NCBI GenBank assembly: GCA_046563655.1
Contig: CM102287.1
Coordinates: 4,712,001 to 4,776,000 of the forward strand
Direction of reading: 5' to 3'
DNA from: Yuukianura sp. NJ FZ-2021
Lineage: Eukaryota
DNA length: 64,000 nucleotides
Made by a program: the position numbers and the translations under genes. The notes beneath the pieces were generated by a model. The model had not been told where the DNA came from and made no database searches. It saw nothing but the letters and a program-made list of their open reading frames with translations. Positions 12,971 through 27,800 of the stretch are shown piece after piece. The stretch's first letter is position 1; the number at the start of each line of letters is the position of its first letter.

Positions 12971-15900
12971 TTAGACCAAAAAGAATCAAAATTGACCTGA
13001 TGCTGGGAGCATGTTCACAAAAAGTCGTCCTGCAAGGGAGTGGAGCTAAACGCTGCTCCCCGGGGGGTAACAGAGCGGTAGGTCAAAGGTCATGTGTTCT
13101 GGACATCACTTGAGGTCACTTTGTTTCAAGTCAAGACACCCTCAGGAGGGAGTCTGTAATTACTTTACATTGAAATTGGAAACGCACTCCACTGAAAACC
13201 CCATTTTCTCATGATCATCCCTGACAAATGGCTTTTCACCACAAAATTAATCTGTTTCAAAAACAAAATTTACACTCAAAAAATTCAAAAATTTAATCCC
13301 CAAGAAATTCGAAATTCTACTCTTTTTATACAATTCGTGCCCTGAACTTGGAAATTTCAAAATTTCTGAATTTCTTCCAAATTTTGAATCTCCCAAGAAA
13401 AGTCAGAAAAGTTGTTCGGTATAATTTTGTGTCGTGAGTCAAACTCATTTTGAAAAGTCACACCGTGCACAAATGGCGGAACGAGTTAATTTTTGAAGTG
13501 ATTTAAACAAAACGGGATTTTTGTTATTTTTTAAAAAATAATTACTCTAAACAGTTTTAAGTTTTCCTTGAGATCATTATGCCCAATTTTCCAACGTTTA
13601 GGACCAACAAAACCATTAGTCACTCTTAGCTCTAGTTCTGTACCAACTCCGCTTCATTCCACTCACTTCCCTCCTATTATTTTCTAGTACTCAAATTTTT
13701 AGTAGCTTTTGTCGTGACGGAAGTCCATTTTCAGCCTCTCCTTTTTTCAAAATTTCAATTGTTTCAGGCTGATCCCATTTCCTCTGTGGAATCTCTCGTC
13801 TAAAAGACACTTTGCATGACAAAAATACCGAGAAATCTTTAGGTTATTTACCCCCTGACATCACCGCATTTACAGTTCAGCAAATACCAACGCAATTTCG
13901 AAACTTTCAATAAGCCTAAATTTCGACCACCCTTTCCTCAAAAAACCTCAAAACGGCGTTGATTCTGATTTTGAAAAACTTGAACTTGAACCTAATTTTG
14001 ATTTTGTACTCTGCACATTGAAAATTATGAGGGTGAATTCGTTTGATTTAATTTCCAAGTCAAGGTCCTTTTGTTTTGGAAATCAAATGCAGCGGGAGTA
14101 ACTAATTAATTTCACATGTACATAATTTTAATTCTAATGGAAATTTTAAACTTTAGCTTCCTCGTCAACACTTCTCCTCCGGTTCTATTTTCATCCAGTC
14201 TGGAAAACATTCAGCTCTTGTCCAGACCAATACTGGAGAAACAATAATCCTCCTACTAGATTTTCACACCTCTGGTGTCAATTAATCCTAATTACTATTA
14301 ATCTAATCACCAATTAACTAAATCAACACACCTACAATTGCTTTAACAGGTCACCGTCCTCCAGCACAAAGCACTTTCAACTGTCTCATTATTCTAGAAC
14401 AAGGTCTGCCTTCTGTTCCAGTTCAATCACCTTTCAAGAAACAAAAAAGTAAAAAAACGAAATCCAAAAACTCAACATTTCACAAATTCGACAATCCAAA
14501 TTTCTCCAAAGGCTTGAAATTTTCAAAAATAGTTACTTTATGTTCCAATTCAATCGTCTATCAAAAGAACAACCAAATTCAAAAAAGAACAAAAAAAAAC
14601 TCAAAAACCAAATCCAAAGAACTCCTACAAACCAAATCCAAAAAAAAGACACATAAATAAAACCGACTCTAAAAAACTTCATATTTCACAAATTCGACAA
14701 TGACAATTTGTCAAAACTTTTCCTCTTTTCCGAAATTCAAGAATCACAACTTCTCAAAACCTTTTAAATTTTCAAAATTCAAGCAAAAAACAAAGTTTTG
14801 GAAAACTGGCTCCAAAAACATCGTAAAAATTTTCAGGTACAAATTTTTCTCTCCAACATGTCAACTTTTGAAGAAGAAAAATTGACGTAAAGTGTCTAGT
14901 CATTTTTCTGTTGTAGGAAAAGACAATTGAAAATTGACAAATAATATTTAGGAAAGCAAAAGTTGGAAGAAACAAAAGGAAATACCATTTTCTACTCGTT
15001 TTGAAACTCTATCTCCAGGTGAAATCAGACAGATGAGCAGTTGCTACCATGAATTCATTATTCGACTACTGCAACTCATCCTCTTCTAGCTCTGCCTCCC
15101 TGATTGTCTTGTCATCCTCCTCCCTACCGGATTTCACTGTCAAATTTTAAATCAACTTTGTCAAATTTCTACCCTGCCAATCCTTCTACCTCCTCCAGCA
15201 ATTCACCAATTCCCCCACTTTACTCCTTCTGGATCTTCAAAGATCAAAGGTCACCGAAAACTATTAAACTGCTGTCGATATTCATGGACATGGCAGGCTG
15301 TCCATGATCTCATCACCATAAAATCCACCACCTCCACGAATAATTCACACTTCCTTGTTCTCTTTTTTTTAACCAAGTTTTGAGTTTTGACACGAGTTTT
15401 GAGGAAATCCACCGGAAAATCTTTCCTCTTCCACAAAAGCACGATTCCCTCAAAACTAAAAAAAATGAAAAAATCGAAAAGAAACGACGGAAGATGAAGC
15501 TTGAAGTGACGCTAGTGCACAAGAGGGGATTGGTATTAATTAAATTCCACAAAAATCCCCTTTCCCCATTGTTTTTCTTAAAACAAAACATCCCGGAAGG
15601 GGTCAAAGGGCACCCTGTCCCTTAACCAAAGTCGTAATTCATCTCCAGGTGAGATTACATTAAAACAAACCGAGAGACAACAGAACAGAACAAACGATCA
15701 TCAACCAACACTTCACAGGTTCAAAGAAAACCTTCTGCACTAAAATAAAAATGCTGAACACAATCCACAAAATCAAAATCGCACACAAGATACGAAAAAT
15801 CTTCTAGAATTCAATTTTCCAAAACATCGAAATAAACACTTACTTCAACGGCATTCTACATCAACGGCATGTCAAAAATTCAAAAAAATACCCCTCTATT

Positions 15901-18804
15901 CAAATGCTTGTTCTCAAGATACACCGAAATTTCAAAATTTGAATACCTTCTATGCCGCACATCTAAAAACTAAAAACTTCATTCGAAAATATAAAAATAA
16001 ACACCAAATTCTTACATAAATGGCGTTCAAGGCCAACAAAATTTCAAAAAATCGTCAAATCTTCAACGCCGAACATCTCAAAATTATGAAATGTCCAGTT
16101 TAAAATTCAATTCAAAAAGTTCCCATTGCTGAAAGTTTTTTTTTGTGTCTGTTTTGAAATGCTGTAGCTTGGCATCAATTTATAATAAAACCGAGGTTAT
16201 AAAGTATCCCAAAACTTGAAGTTTTCCAAAATGAATTCAACTTTTCGTCTGTAAAGGCCCTACTCAAAAACATTTTCAAATTCAAAATTCATTTTTTAAA
16301 AACTTTTTAATCTCCCTCTCTCTCCAAGTCTTGAAGGGGGTGAAAGTAGTTGGTTTTCTGTGTAAGCTCTGTAAATCTTGTTGGGATTAATTAGAGTCTA
16401 TGATTTACGATTACACCTGTCTGTCCTCACCTCTCTCCTTGCTCTTTTTTAAAACACATCTCAGCTTTTCAACAAACAACAACCCAACAATGAAATAAAA
16501 CCAATCTCAAAAAACGAACTAAACAAAAAACTATAACTTTACTACCAAGTATTTTGCCATATTTTAATTAAACCTTGCTCAAAATCCTGAGCCCACCTGG
16601 AGAACAAGTACATTGACACTCAGCATCTTCTAGGTGATGCTGCCTATCTTCGAAGCGCTGCTGTCTATACTCTAGATGATGCTGCTCATCTTTTACAAGT
16701 ATCTTTTGGATACTAACTTTGGATATTTGATTTCAGCATCTTATTTTCTCGGTTTCAGTTGACTGGACAGAGTCGTAAAATTTATTTTCCCACACCTTAG
16801 TCGATTCCCAATTAGCAATTAACAAGCCTCCTATTTTCCATTTCGCACTACTCAAAAACCAATCGACATTGACATCAAGGGAAAGCCAACAGAAATAACA
16901 CGGATCACTGCTCAGTTCAAGTACAGATTTAGCAAAAGTGTCAATCATAAAATAAACATAACCTACACAAATGGTTCAAACGCAAACTACTCAACAGCAA
17001 CAAGATCAACCATATCCAGTACCACATTCTGAATACTCAACAAACAAAACGAGGATGAGACGAAACTTATCAAGAATTTGATTACGCTATGCTAGCTCGC
17101 TACAAAAATGATTGGTGACGTTAATGTTAGTTTTTGGCGTTCAACCTAGCTTTTAAAGATCCAAAATACTTCCCTGTGAGTGTCCTTAATAAAGATGCTT
17201 TATGGCCAAAGTCCATTAAGCGTTTGGTGGGAGTTTATGAGCGTGTCAAAGTCCCCACACACAATGGGAACGTATTAAACGCTCGGTTTGAGGCCACATC
17301 AGGCCAACAATAGGTTGAGGGTGGGATACACTGGAACTTTTAGTAGCAAGCATCAACAGTAGTGGTGGGGTCATAATTAACAATAGGAAGCCATCACAAC
17401 AATGCCCTCAAAAATACACTCAAAAAACTGAAAAGGCAGGTTTTTAAAAGCCCCTGTCAAAAAGAAACCCATTGGAACCTTATTGACTACAAAGGAACAT
17501 TTTGAAACAAAAAACAGAAAAACAATGAAACAACTTTCTTCATCTTCGCCCATTCATCTTCTCCTTTTTTTCCAAATAAGACAAAAGTGATTATTTGTTT
17601 TCCAAGTTTTTAAAAACACTGCGCTCGTGCTGTCGTGTCCTGCTGACCGGAAAAAAAAGTTAAAAGACGTGACGAGTTCTTAATGACAAAATTCATTTAG
17701 ACAAAAGAGACGACGGGATCCGTGTCTTCTTTTTTCAAAATTGTTTGTCAAGACACACGACCAAGCAACAAGAGCTTCAAGGGAATCCGACACACCTTTT
17801 CCCATTGTCTGGTTCATAATACTTGGAAGTACTTTGGAAGTACTGCTTAAGACCTTCCACAAAGTCACTTGAGGAGTCAAGGAAGAGCAAATTGCCTCCA
17901 AAGACAAAAGTATAAGAGGTTATCTCTAAAAGATAGATACCAAAGATCGCTTTTTGAGAAACCAAAAGTGTCAATTGACACCTCAACGCTAATGGCCGAC
18001 AGCATTTCATCATCGGCTGCTCATCGACACCTTTCACATTTCAGAAACGAAAGCACTAACCAATTCTTTGACTTTGTTCTTTTCATTAAACGCAGAGTGA
18101 TAAACAGCGTCAGTATCATACATTCCGTGATGCGCAGGCGCTGCGTATAACATTGAGCATTTGCTAAGTAAAAACGAAGATTGTCGTTGGTAGCAAGTGT
18201 AACCAACAATGGTTTAGACTAGTTAGATTTGTAGGATCACTTTAAGTAAGTTAAATAGGAAGGTCCGTCTTACAAACGGAGGTGTTAACTAGCCATTGTA
18301 ACCACGCGCAGGTTATACTTCGCAGATACAAATGAAAACGATTTTAGTTTTGTGTTTTTATGCGATCAGGTTAGAATTTTATGCGATAGAATTTTAGCAA
18401 TGATGGCAAGGCCATCTTTTCAGTTTTTGAAATTTGCATTATTGCAAAAATTTGCACAACTCCGAAACGCCATTTACGAAATTTTTGAAATTTTGCTTCG
18501 AAATCTCTCAAGTTTTGTAGATGGTTCAACATCCAGCAGAATTTCAGAGCATCCAGAAGAGTGTTTCGGACAATTGAAATTCTGGATTTGGAAATGAATG
18601 TCGCAAGATGCATATAGTATGTCCATCACTGTCCACTGACATGTGACAAATCTGCGACACCCACTGGAGACGGACAGATCGTGAATGTCGTCTCCAGGAA
18701 TCACAAAGTTTAAAAAAAAAGAGAAAAGACGAACCTGAGCATGTTATCTGAGCCTGGGATCGGAGCTTCGTGTCTTCTGGATCCTCCGCTTCAAGGCTAC
18801 TGAA

Positions 18805-21186
18805 TTAAACTGATCCTCTTCTGACTTGTGACAAATTAAAAGCGGCCTTATCCCCTTCTTCATCTTCCTCGGCTGCTAAATATTTAACACCTCCGTACTC
18901 TTGTTCCAGTGCACCACAACGCTTTCGTTCCTTCCAGTGTTCCAGAACGCTTCCAGCTCCAGGAGTTTCAGTAGGGGACGAAGAAGCTGTGTTCCGGAAC
19001 TTGTTTGTCACAAGCCGGCTAGATGACGCACGGTGAGACACATTTCCACAGTTTCTTCTCTGGAAATCACTTTGTCTCCAGATCTTGATTCCAAACATGT
19101 TGAAAATACCTGAAAAACGAAACATTTTGTAAGTTTTTTGGAAATTGAAATTTTGAGAGTTTTGAAAAGAGGAGAAAGAGAAGGAATAAATTAGGGCAGT
19201 GTCGAAATTAATTCGGAGAACAAGCGTTGAATAAGAAATCGATTTCATCTGGAGGCTGCCGCCAGCGACCTTGGACTTTTAAGTTTTTAAGTACTGCCAA
19301 AATTCATTCCCTCATTCCCCTTCCCCCTCTCTTCATTAGCTTTTCAAAACTCTCAATTCCTTATGCATGTGCATTTCATTTATTACGTATGTACATAATT
19401 CCAACAGAAGGAATTGTCACAGTGGCAGGACTCACTCCGAGTCAAACAGGCTCCACAAAAGGTCACGGGTCACCGAAATCCAGAATTTCATCTGCAAAAA
19501 CTCCAAAAAATTAGACTTTACACGTTGATTAAATGTTACCTTATTTAGGATTTTCTGTAAGAACGTAGGTTTCGAATTACCAAAAATTGATACTCCAGGA
19601 AAAAAGGTAAACTTGACTCCTTGTGACCCACTGCGAGGTAGGAAAAAAAGTTTTGAAGAATGAGAGATGCTTTTTTAGAAAGCCGAACCCCATCACGCCG
19701 GATGAGAATTTGTTGTTCCTTGCTGTGCAGTTTCAATTTCTAAAGAAAAGGAACACAGGTTGTTTGGCAGGGGTCAAATGTCAACCTCACTCTCAATCAT
19801 TGACAATAATCTAAGTACCTTACACACCGCCGACCGAACAGTTTTCGTTTGACGAAGGTCGACGCCGTCCTTTTTCAGTCAATCTTCCAAACAGAATACG
19901 GCGAACGCCATACAAGTTCACCTATAGTGCCGATTGCTCGTAAATCATGTTTTGCAAATGCTGGAACACGGTGCGAAAATTTTGAAACCTGGAAATCCAA
20001 AAAGAAAAGTCAATCAAGGGCTCATAAAGCGGGGTTGTGGTCGTAGGTATTGAAATTGATCTTAATTTGCCTTTTGATGGAGCATGAGTGGACACTGGGT
20101 GGCAGTTGGTGTGGTTTTAGATTTGGCGAGGTAACGTTGAGGTGTCTGATCTCTCCGCAGCACTCCGTTGGAAGGGCGTCAAGAAGTGCTTCATGGGGAA
20201 GGAGTTTGAGATGTTGAACCAATGGAAGGGAGATCTGAGCCGTGTGGATGGGAGGTCTCAATGCCCAAGTGGTGAGGAGCCGAGAGCTTTCCGTGCCTCA
20301 GTCGTTGGCTAGTTCTCTGCGACTGTGCTTCCAAACCCGTTCTTTTCGTTGAGTCAATCCAACTGTCGAATCTCTACCACCATTGCAAGTATAGATTCTT
20401 GACACAATAATCGTTTGAGAACCAAAACAGGCCCAATGTCCAACGCCAGTCGTCCCAGAGGGGACTGTCATCTTGTCGTAGTAGATTTGAAGCGTACCAG
20501 GTGAAAGTTGTCTTGACAAGACACAAACGCAGCGTTGTCCCTCAGTCTCACTCGTAGAGAAATCTGAAAAGTGAAGAAAGTGTTAAAACTGTCAGAGAAA
20601 GTGCAGTGACAAGGGACAACTTTAACACAAAGTGACCATTCATAAGTTCCTTCGACTACAACGAACCGACTAATCTTGTCTTGGAGACAAAAGGTAAACG
20701 TTTGGATTCAACTTACTCTCTCTGTCTCTGAAAAGCAGGGTAATAAACTTTATTGCACTTCGCATCGCACCTGTTTGCGAATTCCGGATAGGTCAAATGT
20801 TAAGTTTTCATTTCCAACTGCGTCTCACTCGCACGATCCCGATCCGATTCCATTACGTTGCATATATGCATAACTGAAACAGAAACATCACGTTTACAAA
20901 CAAGTAACTGGTTAATGGATACTTGATTTCTTGATTGATAGATGCTATAGTACAACCTTTATCGAATCTGGTACTTACCTTTTGGAGATGTAATGTACTT
21001 AATTAAGTAGAAAACAAACTCGATTTAATAACAGTCCTGAATTGGCGACGACGTTGTTGCACCGATGGACGACAGTCTGTCGTCGACAGACGACGGGAGA
21101 CGTAACGTAGGTCACACGATGGACTTCTGACAATGACTTTACACCGATTGCCATGGCGGGTAGAACAGCACTAGTGAATGTACTGA
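18805..21186 (-). ncRNA. Putative spliced transcript divergent from the POU gene (lncRNA or small-ORF RNA)
   Basis: Minus-strand TCAGT initiator-like motif at 21186-21182, donor AAG|GTAAGT at 20979/20978, and acceptors CTTTTCAG| at 20563 and GTTTTTCAG| at 19109, each opening GC-richer exon-like blocks. No expression evidence. Confidence 0.3.
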
Positions 21187-21808
21187 TTCGTAAACGTTAA
21201 TTAACTCAATTGACGGATGATTAATTACGAATCTTTTTCATGAATTCTTGAATTCTGCTTTTTTTTTCGTTTTGAAAAGACAACGAAAAAGAATTATGGA
21301 AAAGGGCGCGGATTCGGTTTGTTTACAATTTCAAATTTTAAAAGTCTCACCGTGCCCCTTCACGTACACTTGTATGAATTTAACTTTAATTGAGCTCTGT
21401 GTGCCAAATATTCGCAAAATACGATCAATGTTTGTAAACCTTCACAAATTAGCAAATTATGAAGTGCAGTATTCAATTGCGGAGCTACTGATTAATACCA
21501 CAGTGAAAAGCTTGAATTTTTTAGATTTTATTTTCATTTTTGCTAATCCTGACTCAAAACCTTGAAAATTAGAAGCGCGGGAAAATTTTTTGAAAATAAA
21601 ATGTAAACAAAGGAATTGACAGATGATGGAATGCCAGACGCAGACAGAGAAAATTAATTTTTTGAAAAATTTCGCAAATCGTAAAGTTTTTGGCAAATTT
21701 TGGCACAATTTTCGGTATTTTATTAATCATTCCGTTGTGCCAAATGAGAGCCTGTGTGCTCAATTAAGCGTTTCGTGTGGTTGTTGGTGAGTAAAGGAGC
21801 GGAGTGGA

Positions 21809-21816
21809 ATGCAAAT
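21809..21816 (+). promoter_or_regulatory. Octamer motif ATGCAAAT just upstream of the POU CDS (candidate autoregulatory site)
   Basis: Exact canonical POU-binding octamer ~195 bp before the ATG at 22004. Function is inferred; an 8-mer can occur by chance. Confidence 0.35.
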
Positions 21817-22003
21817 TAGTGTCATCGTCACCACGGCCGCCATGACTGAGAGACCTGTTCTGCTGGTGCATCTGGTGTGTGACACAGAGGTCTGACTGAT
21901 CTGTCAACTGTTGCTTACGTTATTGTTCTCTTCTAGATTTGAAATCATCTCTGAGCATACTAATTTCCAAAATCCCCTCTTGTCTTCCTCCAGGTTATGG
22001 GTA

Positions 22004-24146
<2,143 letters not shown>

Positions 24147-24290
24147 AGCCCCACCAACAGCATCAACTTCCAAAGTCAGAGCCCCACCAGCATCAAGTTC
24201 CAAAGTCGGAGCCCCACCAACATCAATCAACTTCGGAGCCCCACCAACAGCATCAAGTTCGCAGCCCCACCAACATCAAAAATTCAAGAC
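24147..24290 (+). repeat. Minisatellite immediately after the POU stop codon, five AGCCCCACCA(AC)AGCATCAA-type units
   Basis: Units of 33, 30, 27, 26 and ~26 nt, each beginning AGCCCCACCA. Confidence 0.9.
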
Positions 24291-24803
24291 CCACCATCAT
24301 GATCGTCGTTCCTGGAACTTTTGAAACTTGACCCTGCCAGCAGCGATTATGTTGGAGACGAAAGTGGTGCGCAACTGTCCAGTGCAAGTGAGAGTGGTCC
24401 CCCTCCTCACATCGCTGATCGCTGCCAAGCGCCCTTCCCTCGATCGCTGCCAAGCCCTCCTCCCTCATCGAGTCACTGCGAGAGACTTGGACTTTCTCCC
24501 ACACTTTCTCCTCAGAGCCACAAGGTAAGCAAGTACTAAAGCAACTTTTTTGTGCCAAAGGATCGGAGAAACCACTTTTTCAAGTCTCCCTGCTGCCCAA
24601 ATGGACGAGGATAGCCCTTAAGTCTTTATTCCAAGGGACCCCCTCCCTTCGAGGACACTTAACAGTGTCCTGTTCCCGGTTGATTCTTTTCTTACAGTTA
24701 AGAAACTTATCGAGCATTATTCCAGAGAAAACTAGTCTTTGTTCAATGGCCAGAAGAGAAAAGAAACAAGATTGTACATACTAAACTTAACTTTTAACGT
24801 TCA

Positions 24804-24809
24804 AATAAA
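24804..24809 (+). promoter_or_regulatory. Candidate polyadenylation signal of the POU gene
   Basis: First AATAAA downstream of the stop, at the transition from GC-richer UTR-like sequence to AT-rich DNA. Confidence 0.45.
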
Positions 24810-27800
24810 ATTATACGTCCCTTCTCAAATCAAAATCTCACAAAAAAAATTCATTTTTTCAAAATCTTTCAAAATTCGAAATTCGCTTCAAAAAATTCAA
24901 ATCCAAAATCACTTCGTAGTCAAACTATCAATAGACCCAAATGCTGATGAGGCATCTTTGATTAATTTAAAGCACCCAAGACCGAAATTTTTCATTTCGC
25001 TTTTCGACTTTTAAGCTAAGCTTCCAATTCTTTTCATGACTGAAAAATTTAAAGTTAAATTTAAGTTACGTTTTAAATTAATAGCATTTAGACCTACAAT
25101 TTTTTCAGTTAGTTTTTTTTGAAAAGTTCGAATAATTTTGGTTGAGTTGTTTGAGCACACTTTGGATGACTTTGGACTTAAAAGTGTTGGTCATCTTATT
25201 GTCATCTTGTTGAGAAATAGTAAGATTGGAAAATGTTGAGAAGATGAGATGATCTGTTGAATGGGTTTTTTAGAGGCTTGGCCTTTGAACAGTTTTGTGA
25301 AGTGATGCCCCAAGGAGTTTGGGGCAAAGAGCTCAACAATGGGCACGAGTTCCTGAACCCCATGGGGTACACAATCGATGCATTCCAAATTCCTTGACTC
25401 ATGTCACCCGGGTAGTCTGCGGAAAAAAATACTTGCCCTCTGAGGTCATCCTCAACATCTCTCAAAGTCCCCTCTTTCCCGCATTTTTTCAAATATTCCT
25501 TTTTTTCAAACTCTGTTCTAAATTCCTGTTCTAAAAAACTTGGTCTGTTCTAAAAAACGGAATTGAGAAGGGGAGTTTCATTAATTACGGCCATTAGACC
25601 CCATTTTTATTGCAATTCTCATCTTAATCTTCATTACTCCTCATTCCCCTGTCTAGAATCGAAGCTAATTCTACCCGGATTGTACTAAAGCAATCCAAAG
25701 AGAGAAAAATCTACAATCGAATCTTGAAATTCTCGATTTTTTTTTCTTTCGATTTTTTTCAAAACGCTGAACCAAGGGTGAGAAAGTGAGAGAATCGCTT
25801 CAATGGATTTTGGAATTGGAAACCGAGACAAATTTTGTTCCGGATTTGAACTCTACTGTAAAGCTGAAACTCTGAAAATAGAAAAAAGGAAATTGATTGA
25901 ATGAACTCAAATTGTAAAAGTGTAAGGGTCCCCCAAAGTAAAAGCTCATCACATCTCCCGAATCTCGGTGAGAACTTTTGCAATTCCCATTGAAGAGGGA
26001 CCCTTCATCATTCGATTTGATTCAGAGGAGACGGAAGTTTCAGTTTAATAAGAATAGAAAAATCCTTAGGTGCCTTTGCCACACTCTGTCCGACGGAAGA
26101 TGAATTTGAGACGTTAGGAAGAGGGGGGACCCTTAAGGGCCCTACAAAAAAAGAATAGAAAAAGTGTAGGGGATCTTCTCTCTTTTTCTAGAGATGCCAA
26201 ACACACCTGGATTTGTATGTGGAGATGCTGAGAAAAAGTGTCTGGATCTAACTCGTCTTCCATAAAAAAACATAGTTTTTCTTCACAGTTTTTGTTTTGT
26301 TACTTTTTAACCTTAAGGGCCCTGCCAAGGGAAGGGTTAGGCCAAGGGACCCCTTTGTTGTAAAGCCGAGATTTCTCTCTGAGCAGTGAAAAAACATGAG
26401 TTTCTTTTTATTAATACCTCGTGGGAAATTTTTATACTCTTTTTTCAGTTTTCTTTTGTGTACACGGGGACCCTTAAGTCCTACCCCCGACCCCCTTTGG
26501 GGTCAGGGGTGACCCTTGGAAATGATATTATTGATGCGTCTTTTATCCTTTGAGGGAAGGAATTAAGAGCACTCCTGGGAATTCTGTCACATAACATAAC
26601 CTTACCTAACCTTAGGAAACGGAGCCCTTGGACAGGGCCCTTGATGTAGTTCAGTGATACTAACTTCAGTTGTGCAGTTATGATTTATTCTTTTCATAAA
26701 CCTAACAACCTAACCTAATCTTTTCAAAACCTAACGTTATTCAGAGAGAAAACAAACGTAAGAGGGATGCTACAGACTAAATCAGGACAGGTCCCTTTGA
26801 AGGGACTCTCTACCGATTCTCACTGTCACTCAATCCTTAAGGGGTCCCCCTTTACAACACTCGGCTTTATTATGCAAACAAAATTTCAAACTTGTTTCAT
26901 TTCAACTGTTGCATTTTTTCAATTTTCAAAAAAAGACACCGTAAGAACTCACCTTCTCTCGGTTACTGTTTTTTAGAATGTTTGATTTTTTCAAAATTTT
27001 ATAAAAATCTGAAACAAAGCAACTCCTTTTTAACTGCTGAAAAAACTGTTTCACTTTCTGAAAAGAAAAACTACCTCGCCCTTTGTACCGTTTTTTTAGA
27101 ACGGGCGATTTTTTCAAAATTTTGAAAAAATTCCATAACAAAGCACCTCGGCGTAACAAAAACTGCTTCGAAAAATATCTTTTTTATTGCAACATTTTTA
27201 TTTTTCCACTTTTTTGTATGTCCTTACACGCCATTCACAAAAACTTCATTAAATTCGTCCGAAAAATTTTTGAATTTTTAAAGTTGTAAAGAGAAAGTGA
27301 TGTGTAATTTCTAATTTCAAAAACGACTTTCAAAATTTTGATTTTTGGTTTTGGATTTGAAAATATTTGAGAATCGTTTTAGCTTGAATGTGGCCAACAT
27401 TAAATTTTTTGCTGACTTAGGTAATACTTATGTTTGAAAATTTTTGGGTAAGATTTTCAAAATTCTGATTTCATTTTTGGCTTTTGAAATTTTTGTGACT
27501 GCTGTGTTGGTGGTTGTGTCAAAATTTGTCTGGCAGTGTGTGAAAGCCTTCTTTCTTTTCCGTTTCTTGTGAAGTAAAATCAATGCCTGACGTCACGTGA
27601 GCTCAGAGTGAGTGGCGTGAATAGTTAATGCCTTTGTGTTTTCCCTTTGCTTTCTCCTGGCCTCGGTCCCACTTTCCCTCTTTTTTTGGTGTGGCCGGAG
27701 GTTCGACTCCCGCCGCCGTCACTTTTTCCAAATTCAGGTCACGTTCTCCGTCCAAATCTAAATTTCACGCGTAGCCCCCAAAAATGCATTTCGGGAGAAA

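Noticed and set aside
17140..17315. Short open frame FKDPKYFPVSVLNKDALWPKSIKR...
   Set aside because: No start, no recognisable family; possibly a decayed fragment but unsupported.
21842..21895. GCCGCCATG upstream of vvl as an alternative start
   Set aside because: It stops after 17 codons unspliced, and splicing from GAG|GT to either nearby acceptor is out of frame with the POU CDS; at most a uORF.
24147..24290. CRISPR-like look of the post-stop repeat array
   Set aside because: Eukaryotic context, degenerate units, no unique spacers and no cas genes; it is a minisatellite.
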